A DNA stretch of 64,000 nt, the filler included, from Reclinomonas americana ATCC 50394 (Eukaryota), in assembly GCA_048213135.1 (NCBI GenBank). It is 15 parts of 15 records of this genome, joined end to end, with 100 filler letters (N's around TTAATTAATTAA, not from the genome) between each part and the next. Parts side by side here need not be neighbours in the genome. Positions count along the whole stretch, not along the records: positions 24,212 to 28,014 come from AFZH01019493.1; positions 28,115 to 45,501 come from AFZH01019494.1; 13 more parts are not named here. One strand, written 5' to 3'. The notes under the pieces are model-generated. The model ran no database searches. It saw only the letters and a program-made list of their open reading frames with translations, and was not told where the DNA came from. Positions 26,123-37,600 of the stretch are shown here, in pieces. A program made the translations under genes and the position numbers. Positions within the stretch are counted from its first letter, which is position 1; the number at the start of each line of letters is the position of its first letter.

Positions 26123-26232
26123 TGCGTGGAGTGGTCTGTTTAGCTGCGCACACACAATGGGACTTTGTGACGACAACGACGTTCACTCACTCTGACTGTG
26201 CATGCCCGTCGTCGCTTTTTGTGTGTGCACGC

Positions 26233-28134
26233 TTACAACTTAATAAAGATCTTTCTCCAGTAGAGAATGGCGCCGACAGAGACCCACACGAGCGCATTAA
26301 AGAGGCCGAACATGGCGCCGCCCCAGTCGCGGCCCATGGGATTGTTGAAGGCGTTGGTGCCGAACCAGACGTAGAACGGGTTGCATGGATCGCCGTAGTA
26401 GACCATCGACAGCAGATTGGGAACAACCTCGGAGCCGATGTAGCTGTGCGCGGGGAGAGCTGTCAGAAACACAGGCGTGCACACTCAGTACACGACTGCA
26501 CGCAACAGAATGATGGCATTCATGCCCTGCATGGTCGGTGGCACACCACAAAAAAGTGAGTTCTACGTGAGCACGCTTCTCCTCCTCCTCCTCGCCCCCA
26601 CCACACGATGCTTGCTTACCATCATGATCCACGGCTTGATGAGCCAGCTCCACTTGAGCACGTCGACAAGGACGTAGACGAGTGTGACGAACAGCGTATC
26701 GGCGCCGCCCATGAATACCGTGTACGAGAAGGACCACAGACTGATGCACCACGAAAAGAGTGAGAACACGCAGGAAGGCAGCAGAGGCGTCAGTGAGCGT
26801 AACTTCTTGTTCCATGGGATCGCGCCCGTCACGTGCAAAACAATGCCTGTGTGCGGCGAGCGAGCGGCGGTGGGTGGGTGGGTGAGATCGTCTGAGCCAC
26901 ACGATACTCGTGCGAGGTGCACGTACCGAGGGTCACCCAAAAGACACCGAAGGGTACCCACTGCAAGATGCGCTCCTTGATGGTGGTGCACTCGCGGCAC
27001 ACACGGCCCACATGGAGGCCCAGGAAGAGGGACAACAGCGCAGTAAAATCGCCCATCAGCTGTGCGCACATGTCAGACACACACACGCACACCACGACAT
27101 GAATCGGCACGTCAACCGCACGCAACTCCCTCGGGATCAAAATTGTAGTCGCAGTCCTTGCCTGCAACAAGCACACGATGAGTGGTTCTTACGCTTCGGC
27201 AACGAGACATACGAGCAACACACCGCACGTAGGGCCGCCATACATGTGGCTCCGGCCGAAAAACTGAGTGCCACAAGCGAGAGAGAAAGAGAATGAAAGT
27301 GAGTACAACACGAGTGGCTGTGTGCAGGTAGCGCACGTAACTTGATCGTCCATGTATTGCGCGGCGTTGCACTTGGGTCCCAGCTGGCCCTTTCCGCACC
27401 CTGCCGATGCGACAACATGAGCGTGACAGCGTACACCACATCGCGAGCACACTCGAAAGAACCCACCCGGCACGTTCCAGGCGAACATAAGAATGAGGTG
27501 AATCATCACCACCAGCCAGCACACCAACCACTGCAGGCCATACTTGAGGAAGATACGGAACGGACCCGATGCCGATTTCCTGTGTGCACACTTGCAGGTG
27601 AGCGTGCGGCACATGGAAAAACAGCAACACACACGCGCATGCATACCAGGTCGGCACAGTCAGCATGATGATCGAACCGAGGAAGTACACAATGCCAATG
27701 CGCTGCAACACGCCCGGAATTCGAACTGTCTTGAAGTCAATCACGAACGCCTGCCACACGCACGTGTGTGAGAGAGGGAAGCAGCTGTATGATAAGCTGG
27801 CCGACTGCATGCACACTCACCGTGAGGCACGAATCACCGGGGAGGTCAAACGACGGAAAATTGTTGATGATAAAGATGCCGATCAACATGAGCTTGGCGA
27901 AGCGCACAAACGCCTGCACGACGACAACGTAAGAAGGACAGAGGAGAGTGAGGGAAAGAGAGAGAGAGAAGCACACCTTCCAGAACAAGCCCCACTTGTT
28001 CTCGCCCTTATCAANNNNNNNNNNNNNNNNNNNNNNNNNNNNNNNNNNNNNNNNNNNNTTAATTAATTAANNNNNNNNNNNNNNNNNNNNNNNNNNNNNN
28101 NNNNNNNNNNNNNNACTCTCTCTCTCTCTCTCTG

Positions 28135-28197
<63 letters not shown>

Positions 28198-28488
28198 TCT
28201 CTCTCTCTCACACACAACTGACCTCGCGCTCCATCAATCGACACGATGCGCTCTTTCTTCGGCGGTGGAGCGCCGCCAATCGCACCGTCCTCATTCAGCA
28301 GCACAGGCGTCGCATAGTCGCGTGCTGGCTCCTGTTTGCGCGCGCGTGTGTGTGTGTGTGTGAGGACCACAACATGTCACACGCGCACTCAGACGCAGTC
28401 TGCTGCTCTTCGAGGCACGCACTTGGATGTCGTAGGAGTGGCTCTTGCGACCGCCGCCAGAACCGAGCAGCTGCTGGCGCTCTGCCAT
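26233..28488 (-). CDS. HGSNAT: Heparan-alpha-glucosaminide N-acetyltransferase family protein (spans a gap)
   Basis: RIVSIDGARG, RIPGVLQRIG, GPKCNAAQYMD, FDPEG, IPWNKKLWSFSY, GMNAI and a LYWRKIFIKL* C-terminus. Confidence 0.93.
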
Positions 28489-28765
28489 TCGTAGGTTAAT
28501 TCTCCGACCGACTTTGATCCACCCGATATCAATGCGTGCTGCATGAACGCAGGCTTCGCGTAGAGCAAGATGTGCATCGAATGCTATGCATGTTGTGTAT
28601 TGGTAACGAGTGACGACACTGTGTTTCGGGTCACCAGATCATGAGTGGCAGCTGCGATCTCGCGATATCGCTCATGATCAGCACTTGGCGCGTTGTCGAA
28701 CCCCACAGAAGGCGTATCCTCTTGGCTCGTCCGCTTGGCTTGCTGTCGATCTCGTGTCACCTCCG

Positions 28766-31312
28766 TCAGCCAACCAGTCCGTTCTCCGCCACAAGTCGCA
28801 CCATTTCAGTATGTCCGGATGACCACTGCTTCCACGCCTGGCTGGCCACGAAGCGCGGGAAGCTGTCGGCACGCAACGTTCTCATGACACTCTTCACGGC
28901 CCCATCAAAGAGCGACAGGTAGCTCTCCACGACGGCAGTGACTCCCTCAGTGGGAGACGTCTGTGGCTGATGAGCACCCTCGAACGCCTGCCGAATACGC
29001 AACAGAATGCCACCCGACAAGTTCAGTTCGCTGATGCCTGGTGAGCACGCGACGAGCAGTCAGCAATGTAATGAGCAGTATCAACGCCGGTGCACATAAG
29101 GGTTCCACCATTCTCTTTCAGGTACTCCTCGTACATGGCGTGGGCGTGTCGGTGAACATCGGCAGCTGACCGCGAAGCCGACGGCATCTGCAATGTCGTG
29201 CTCTGTGAGGACACGAGAAGCAGAGAAAGAGAGAGAGCGCCAGTGGCGACTTGCGCTGCGTCGCACGAGATCTCACCTCACGGAGTTTATCAATGGCGTC
29301 CATGAATGTGAGATTTTCCACACTGACAGGCAAGCATGCTTTTTTTGAGGAACGACGGCACATCGTAGTACACAGATCTAGGCAGAGTGCGCACCTGAAC
29401 TCGCCGACCAGATACCTACACAACACAACTGTGAGTGCATTCATCGATCAGTGCCTCGCAAGTACGCTGCGCAACTGTCGAAACTGCTCCCGCGCCTCCG
29501 ACGTGCTCATCACGTACTCAAACTGCGTAGTCGACGCGTCCATCAAACTTGCGCCGAGTTGACTGCCCTCGCGTGCGCGAGAAAACCCCTTGAGGGTCGC
29601 GTTCCACGCACGTAGTCGCAGCAGTGGAAGCACAATCGGCACCAGTACATGCACACAAATCAATGTCGGCATCATCACATCGGTCGCCACCTGCAAAGGA
29701 CCAACGACAAGCTTCTTGTAGTCGACCAGACTCAATATGGCGGCTGTGAGACTGAGCGGCACGCTGAATATTGCGTTCACCAGCAGCCTGCAATGTGCAG
29801 CAGCAACACACGCGCATCATGACAGTCACAACCTGCATGAGGTACTATGTGTCGGCGCATTCACGCAACTCAATACGGTTCGAAAACACATCTCGCACGC
29901 CGCGAATGAGCCAGGCACACTGAGGTCGCACGCACATGTCAGCCATCTTGGAAGACAGCAAGCAATGCTCTCGCAGCGCGCACCAACAGGTATCCCGCGC
30001 TCAGAGTGACAATCGTGTATGCACTGGCTACGACTGTGTTACTCTCACTCGTGGCGGCCGCGTGGAAGAATGGACACCAGGCCAGAACATCGCGCTCAAA
30101 CGCCACAATGTCAGCCTGCTCCTCGCTCTCGGTGGGCATCGGTACCTTATTCGTGCATGAAGGGCGTGAGAGGCACACACATGCACACACACGCACACGC
30201 GCTGGCATGCAACGAAACGAACGGTCCAATGGCCACGGCCAACACGAGGACGTACATGATGGTGAGTACGACAGTCAAGCCGGCGAGTATCAACAGGAAG
30301 CGCCCCTCGCTGCACGCAGCGGTCGTCATTAAGTCACCGCTCGATGAGCATCACAACTCGTCGCACCCTCGACCCACCTCCACGCTCGCGCACGACGTAG
30401 ACGGGCCACCACTGCGGTGTTTGCATTCATATTCTCGGCTTCCACTCCACCATCGATAGCCTTGGTGAGACTGACCAGTGATAGTCTCCTTTGTGCTCGC
30501 ACTCGGCCGGCATCAAAGACTATCCACAGGCGCACTCTGCATCAAACAAAAGCGTGAAAATCAGCAACACGCGTGACAAACATCAGCTCCACACCGCTTG
30601 CATACTCAACGCCCTCAGCTGCAAACAACAACAACAAGTGAGAGCTATGCACAGCAGACATGCGGCGCGCGGCAGACGACGACTCACAATTGGGATGACC
30701 AACACCAGCGGAATGAAGACCAAGAAAGGAATCAGTTCGCCCCACTGTACAACACAGCGATCGCATGCACACTGTGAACAACGAGGAGTGGCATGGCGCA
30801 GTGCAGCAGGTGTGTGTGTGTGTGAGAGAGAGAGCACCACGAACAATTGCAGTCGGTGACAGCTGGTGCAGTTGCCCGCCGGCCACAAATCCCGTCGCCG
30901 TCACCAGTCGAGCAATAAGGGCACCCAATGCAAACATGGCCTGCACGGAAGCGCAAGCAAAGAAGGATATCAACACCACGAAATCCGAACATCGACGATG
31001 ATCATTCCTGTCATCAATGCACACACCTGCGCCCACAACATCCACCGAGAACGTGCCCGCATGATCTCGTGCTTGCGCAACAAGAAGTGCATCACCAGCA
31101 CCACCAGCACAACAGTCACGGCGATCGGCAGCACACTGCCCTTCGGTGAGAGTTCGGAATGTCTGTCAACAGTCAGTCTCGCACCCAACTCACATCTTTG
31201 CAGTCAGCTTGGATCGACCCGAGCGCGCCAGAGCCGCCGGGTCGTGCTGCAGCTCCAGCTGGTTCTCCCATGTCAGCAGACACTCGTGGTCCACATTGCC
31301 CGCCGAGGCCAT
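28766..31312 (-). CDS. Multi-pass membrane (7TM-like) protein fused to a C-terminal RGS domain
   Basis: Multiple hydrophobic helices starting IVLPIAVTVVLVVLVMHFLLRKHEIMRARS. RGS motifs FRQYLVGEFSVENLTF, AMYEEYL, ELNLSG and LFDGAVKSVMRTLRADSFPRFVAS. Confidence 0.85.
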
Positions 31313-31369
31313 TCACGTCGAAAGCAGGACACGCCGCCCAATTCTTGTCCGCTTTCTCACCCCCCATCG

Positions 31370-32536
31370 ATGTTCACGCGACGCTCGGCTTGCATTCCGT
31401 GCGAAGGAGTGGTGTCAATCACGACCACAGGCGGTCATCCGTCGCACCCAGACACCTTTGTGAGCGGCAGCATGGACCGCTCGCTGCGCGTGTGGTCGCT
31501 GCTGTCCGGTGAGTTGCTGGAGTGTTGGGATGAGGCGCATTGTGGCTGGGTGCTGGCGGTGGCGTCGACCCCCGACAGTGAGCACTTGGTAACGGGCGGT
31601 GCAGACAACCGAGTGCGTATGTGGTCGCTGACTGCGCGGCAGCCGATGCTGATGATGTCGCCGTCACGTGCGCCATACTGGATCTTGTCGGTGGCTGTGC
31701 ATGCTGAGCGACAACTGGTGTTAGGTGGAGGGACGGACTGCAAGATCAATGTGTGGAACATGGAGACAGGAGATAGTGTGCGAGTGATCACGGGAAACGG
31801 TCACGTGGTGACCGCCATTGCTGTGATGCATAGTGGGAGCCTGGCGGTGTGCGGCACCGACAATGGCGTGCTGTCGGTGGTGTCGTTGTGGACTTTTGAT
31901 GTGGAATGCGAGTTGCTGGGTCACATGGAGGGCGTCAAGTCGATTGCAGTGTCTGCAAACGATCACTTTGTGGCAAGTGGCTCGGCTGACCACACCGTTT
32001 GCGTGTGGTCGGGCACGCACTTTTCGTCCGGCGACCGTCAGCAGATGCCAGCGATGCGCTTGCGCGGCCACACCGACACAGTGTGGTCGGTGGCTGTGCT
32101 GTCCAACTCGAGGCAGGTGGTGAGCGGGAGTGCAGACTGCACAGTCCGCGTGTGGTGCTTGCTGACTGGCGACCAAGTTCAGTGTCTGGTTGGACACACG
32201 GACCGTGTTCGTGCCGTCGCCGTGTCGCGCGATGAGCAGCACATTGTAAGTGCAGGGAGCGACGGTGATATTCGACTGTGGGGCACGCCACTGGGTCTGG
32301 CTGCTGTGGAGGTCGTCGCTGTACGTGACGCACTGTCAACCGTACAAGATGTGCAGCACGAGCTTGAATGTGATTTCGCAGCTGTCGACAGCGATGCCGA
32401 CGTGGATATGGACGAGGATGCAGATGAGGAGCTCGAGGGCATGCAATGGTGTTTGGTCGAAATCGTGTTGCGTTGTTTCATGCTAGAGGAGGCACGACTG
32501 GTCCTGTTGCGAGTAGAGCAAGATGGCAGAAGATAG
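31370..32536 (+). CDS. WD40-repeat protein, single exon (~388 aa)
   Basis: About 7 repeats, e.g. SGSMDRSLRVWS, GHMEGVKSIAV...SGSADHTVCVWS, GHTDTVWSVAV and GHTDRVRAVAV...AGSDGDIRLWG. ATG at 31370. Confidence 0.92.
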   Translation: MFTRRSACIPCEGVVSITTTGGHPSHPDTFVSGSMDRSLRVWSLLSGELLECWDEAHCGWVLAVASTPDSEHLVTGGADNRVRMWSLTARQPMLMMSPSRAPYWILSVAVHAERQLVLGGGTDCKINVWNMETGDSVRVITGNGHVVTAIAVMHSGSLAVCGTDNGVLSVVSLWTFDVECELLGHMEGVKSIAVSANDHFVASGSADHTVCVWSGTHFSSGDRQQMPAMRLRGHTDTVWSVAVLSNSRQVVSGSADCTVRVWCLLTGDQVQCLVGHTDRVRAVAVSRDEQHIVSAGSDGDIRLWGTPLGLAAVEVVAVRDALSTVQDVQHELECDFAAVDSDADVDMDEDADEELEGMQWCLVEIVLRCFMLEEARLVLLRVEQDGRR

Positions 32537-32592
32537 CTGCTGTACTAGCAGTATGATGTAAAAAATGAAAGTACTTTACTATATCTATAGGC

Positions 32593-33208
32593 CTATAGGT
32601 AGGGTACTAGAACGTAGCTGGCGATCCACACCCACAGGGGCATGGCACGTTCCGGTGCGTTCGTAAAGGTGGATTCAGTGACTCGCTTTGCATGCGCGGC
32701 CATGTTGTTGAATTCGTCAATCATGGCACGACGCAATCGCGGCGAACGAGTGACGATAGCCACCTGCGACTCCAAGTCGCGGTCCACGGAACGGACACCG
32801 AAATTTGGTGAGCCGATGAGCGTCAGTCCACTGTCGGGGAACCACAAGCCCTTGGCATGGAAGGTGTACTCGGGCGCGCCTGACGGTGTCGAGGTCTCGC
32901 GTGCCCGCTGATACTCCCACAGACGCACCACTGGTCGTGTGAACCGCGAAGCTCGCAAGAAGAATCGTCTCTCGATCTCGCTGTAGCAGTGCGGCAGATA
33001 CCGCGAGATGCCTTTGCCGTTGAAGAAGCCATTTGCCTGTCAATCACGCTGTGAGGCGCATAAACACACGCACGTCAACAACTTGACACAAGAGACGCAA
33101 CTCTCGGTGCAGCCGTGATAATGTCAACCTCGCACGGCGACGACCGAGCTTTTTCGCCCAGAATCACCATTTCGTACTCCTTGGTGATGTTGAAGTAGCT
33201 GTGGTGAT

Positions 33209-33247
<39 letters not shown>

Positions 33248-34504
33248 CACGCATCGTTGGCGAGTCGTATCCTTGCGCGTGCAATACACAGCATGACGTG
33301 GACGCAACGCAGAACTCATCCACAGACGCTGCACCGGTTGCTCGTCGGCATGTGTCGGTGGTGACACGGCGCGGTCCAGCACGGCCAGCGTCACAGACTC
33401 ATCGTGTCGCACGCCCCACGGGCGCATTTGGATGGTGGGGAAGAGCAACGTGTCGATGCGCTCCGTGTCGGTGTCCGGCTCCTCGCAGTCTGCAATCGCG
33501 GTCAACAGCCGCACCACCACCAGCACCATCACCACCACGCACAATGGCGCTGAGCGACGCAACGGAAAGACGGCGACAAGAGTCGGTTCAGCGCGTCGCC
33601 AGCCGTCTGTTCGTGCACGAACTCAGGAATGGGAACGAAACTCCCGAGGGGCAACTTACGCACTCACCACTGGATCGTCGGCGGGAGGCCGAATGTCAGA
33701 GTTTGTGTGCACGCGATGCGAGAACCGGTTCACGGTGTGCACCAGGTTCTGGTACCACGTGCACAGTTGTGATACACCGCGCAGTTCATAGTATCGATCT
33801 TGTCGTGTGTGAAAGTACCAGTCGGAGAGATTTGCCCTGCGGAGTGTGTCAGTCAGTCATCGGTGTCGCCTTCTTCGTCATGTTGGGCTCGCCAACTCAC
33901 CCACTGAGGAGCAAATCGTCGTCAAACACGTACACCTTTAGGTGCTGCACGCCAATGGACTCGTTGTAGCGCGGACCCAGCAGTCTCTTGGTCGGCCCCC
34001 GCAACAGCGGCGTGTGGAACAAGTGCAGTGACACGCGATCGCCAAACTCGCTGACCAGCGGCGACACCAGTGACACCGTCGACTGATGACTGTCTGTGTG
34101 CAGAGAGTGCGGTGAGCCAAGACAACAACAACACCCACACTGCACCACCGATGAGAAGGGCACACACCGTGATCGCGCAAAGCTCGATTGTAGTCAAACA
34201 GCATGGTCACCTGCAGCTGCGGATGCCGCTGACAGGCCTCGCGCAGCATCCCAACCATGCGCTTCTCATCGGGTCCATGCCCCAAGTACAACGATGCCAG
34301 CACAATGCGATGCTGTGCGCGTTGAATGCCCGCCTGCACATGGGGGGGGGTGGGCACGAGAAAGGGACAGAGAGACAGAGAGGAGAAGGGAGCGCACACC
34401 TCAAGTCTGCGCAGGAAGCCCGCCGGCTCCTGCTCCACAGTGATTCGATCGCCGGCCATTGCAAAGCACGGTCCCATTTGTGCGAGTCTTCGCGTCAAAC
34501 TCAT
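32593..34504 (-). CDS. PGS1: PLD-family phosphatidylglycerophosphate synthase (mitochondrial PGS1)
   Basis: RIVLASLYLG, LFHTPLLRG...RYNESIGVQHLKVYVFDDDLLLSGANLS, FPTIQM and YTFHAKGLW...LIGSPNFGVRSVDRDLESQ. Confidence 0.93.
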
Positions 34505-34673
34505 GCCCACTGGCACACAAAAATGAGCATGACACAGAGTAAAGATAGTGATGCACAACGAACCTCCATAGTCGCGCTGGAGCAGCAGGTGCTTCCACGC
34601 AAGCCGCATAGCGATGATGGATGGTACCTTTGAAATTTAGTCCTCTTCTTAGCTTGCTTACATTCCCACTTTG

Positions 34674-37600
34674 ATGAGTGATTTTGTCACTGTGAAACCC
34701 AAGAAGCGGGTTGGCGCATCGCCTGCCTCTTCCTCTTCTGGTGGTGGTGGTGGTGGTGGTGGTGCCGGTGGCGGCAGTGCAAGACCAAAAAAGCACAAGG
34801 GAGGGGAGAAGAATGCCTCTGGTGGTGGAGGTGGGAAGCGCAATGGAGCAGCTGGAGCAGGTGGTGCGGGTGGTGCGGCTGCTCCATCGCCGGGGCAGAC
34901 ACGACCGGTGAGTGAGTGGGAGTCACTGTCACGCGCTGAGCTGAAGACATGTCCTGGTGACATCACCAACACCCTCTCTCGCTCTCGCGCGCGCTCTCTC
35001 TCTATCTCTGTGTGTGTATGCGCGCGCGTATGTATGCGTGCTCACTGCTGCTCTGTGCGCAATACACGCAGAGACGCAACAGTGAAGGTTCATCGTCATC
35101 AGCGTCCTCCGCAAAGCCGGAGCAGCAGCAGCAGCAGCAGCAGCCTTCGAGTTCACGCAAGTTGCGTGCATGTCCTCGCCACGCACACACACCCACACAC
35201 ACGCGTCTGTGTGTCTGTGTATTGCCCGAAGAGAAAGATGCATTCTTCGAATCTGTGCGACTGAATGAGGAGGGGCATTACAGGAGTGGTAAGCGACGAG
35301 GCAGCGGTCAGCAGCAGTCGGCTGCGGCGGATGCAGCTGCGCCGGCGTCACTGGTGTCCACTGGTGTGCCTTGTTTTTGTGAGTTGTGTTTGTTTGTCAC
35401 ATTTGCTGAGTGGTGGTGCGTGCACGCGCGCAGCGCACCAGTGGCGATGGGAGCGTGAGCAGGCCACGAACTCGGCCTCGTTTGGCCGCTTCCTGCACAC
35501 GTGTGTGCGCGTCAAGAACTGCATGTGGGTCATTGGTGGACGACAGGGTGTCGAGTACGGTCGCGATTTCCTGTGCTACGACTTTGGTACTGCTCACTCA
35601 CCACCGACGATGATGGATGATTGTGATGCTGATTGATGATGTGGGGTGCAGATGCAAGAAGATGGCGCACGGTGCCGATCGAGAGTCCGACGTGGGAGCC
35701 ACGCATTGGCCACTCGTGCACCGTCGTTGGCGACAAGAAACTGTACATTCTGTTTGGACAAACGCAAGACGGTACGCTGCTGGACGGCTCGCATGTGTTG
35801 GCCTACGATAGCGGTCAGTGCTGTGGTTTGTGTGTTTGTGTGTGCGTGTGGCCTGCTGACGAGAGCACTTGTACGGCCAGAAAACGACGTGTTCAACAAG
35901 TTGGTGTGCACCGGCGACGTGCCCTGCGAACGTGTGTCACACAGCTGCACGCTGATGGGAACCAACAAGCTGATTGTCTTTGGCGGGCTTTCGAAGAACC
36001 CCGAAAGTGGTGAATGGTTCTACCTGGACGATGTCTACGCCCTCGACCTCAGTTGCGGACAATGTGCATGCGAGGTGGTTGCATTCTCTTTCTGTTTTGC
36101 TTAGTTGCTCTCCTCGCACAGACACCTTTGTGTGGTCCGCTCTCAACATGGGCAGTCCAAAGCCAACAGCGCGCTGTGGACATGGAGCTGTGCTGATTGA
36201 CGATCACTACATTTTCGTGTTTGGCGGCTTGACGCGCCACGGTCACAGCGCCAATCTGTATGTCATGGATCTTGGTATGCGACACACCTCTGCAGCTTCT
36301 GTTGGTGTCACTTGCTGTGACTCAGAAAATTGTGTGCGCACAACAGCCCACTTGCAATGGACGCCGGCCAATGTGTTGGGTGAAAAACCGCCGTCCATGA
36401 CTGGCATGTTGGTGGCGTACTTTTCGAATACCAAGGAGGTGGTGATTTTCGGCTTTGGCGAGCCAACTGTTTATTCGTTTCAAATAGGTGCTGTTCTTTG
36501 TGTGCATATATTCGCGTGTGCGGCGTCTCATTTCGCACCTCGTAGACAAGGGATCGTGGCGCAAGCTCAATGTGGCAGGCAAGTGCCCGCGTGCGCGCAC
36601 GCATGTTGGTGGTGTGCAACTCGGCAACGCACTGTTCGTATTTGGCGGCCAGAACGAGAACTCAGCTTCGACCGAGTTCACCATCCTGACCAACCAGCCG
36701 GGCGACGTTCGCACACAAGTGCGGGAGGCTGGAGAAGGCTCTGGTTCCGCACCGCCTCCCTCTCCTCCAGCGCAGACGGTTTGTCGATTCATGCGAACGC
36801 TACACTTTGCTGTGTTTGCGCGTGTCTGACGTGTTGCGCAGCTGCCGATCCGCTTTGAATTTCACGGCCGAGCACGGCGTGATAATGTGGCAGCTGACAT
36901 TTCTTTCAACAACATTCTGCGACGCGTGCAAGATCTATGCCAACTTCGCGATGTGCCTGACTTGTCGTATTTCGATGGCCCTTCGCGCATTCACATTGTG
37001 ACCGAGGTTCGTCTGCGCCTCCTGCTGTCGTGTGCGTGAGTCTGTGTGTGCATGTGACTTACCCTTCTCTCCCGTGCGTGCAGCATGAGTGGCGGCTGTG
37101 CGTGGAAGATTTTCAAAAGTCGGGCGAGCGAAGCATGCATTTGGTTATCGAGCAGCGAGTTGCGCAGCCAGTGCCAAAGCTATGCAATTTCAACATTGTG
37201 TTACTCAATCGCGTGTGTTGTAGCAACCGAACCGACCTGCCACAGCCACCGGTGGATTCGCCTCGTCTTCAACCGTTGGTGGCAACGGTCGCAATTACAG
37301 TGGGAGCGGTAGCAGCAGTGCCAGAGTCAGCGACGAGCAGTCGGGTGTTGCCGTGCAGTCGTACCTGCCGAGCAGCTTGCGGCGGAGTGATGGCACTCCA
37401 CATCGGTGGACCAAGGGGTCCTTGCTTGGCAAAGGAAGTGCGCAGTCCGTGTCTCCCATGTTGTTATTGGTGGTGCAAGTATCCTTACACGCATGTAGGT
37501 GGTGGTGTGGTGCATCTGGCGTTGGATTTGGATACGGGTGCACAGTTTGCCGCGAAAGAGCTGGAGTTGGAGCGCATCAAGGGCTCCGCTGATCAGAAGC

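Noticed and set aside
28637..28679. Inverted repeat gatcatgag...ctcatgatc as a SECIS element or terminator
   Set aside because: No apical AA or SECIS geometry and no in-frame TGA needed in the neighbouring genes; a short stem could be chance.
30866..31369. N-terminal 168 aa of the 556-aa WD40 ORF
   Set aside because: It overlaps the antisense first exons of the 7TM-RGS gene; ATG 31370 is the more plausible start.
36807..37001. ZZ/C1-like zinc finger (FCDACK...CLTC) in the kinase gene
   Set aside because: That frame cannot be spliced in phase to the flanking exons, whereas the alternative frame splices cleanly and gives a PB1-like domain.
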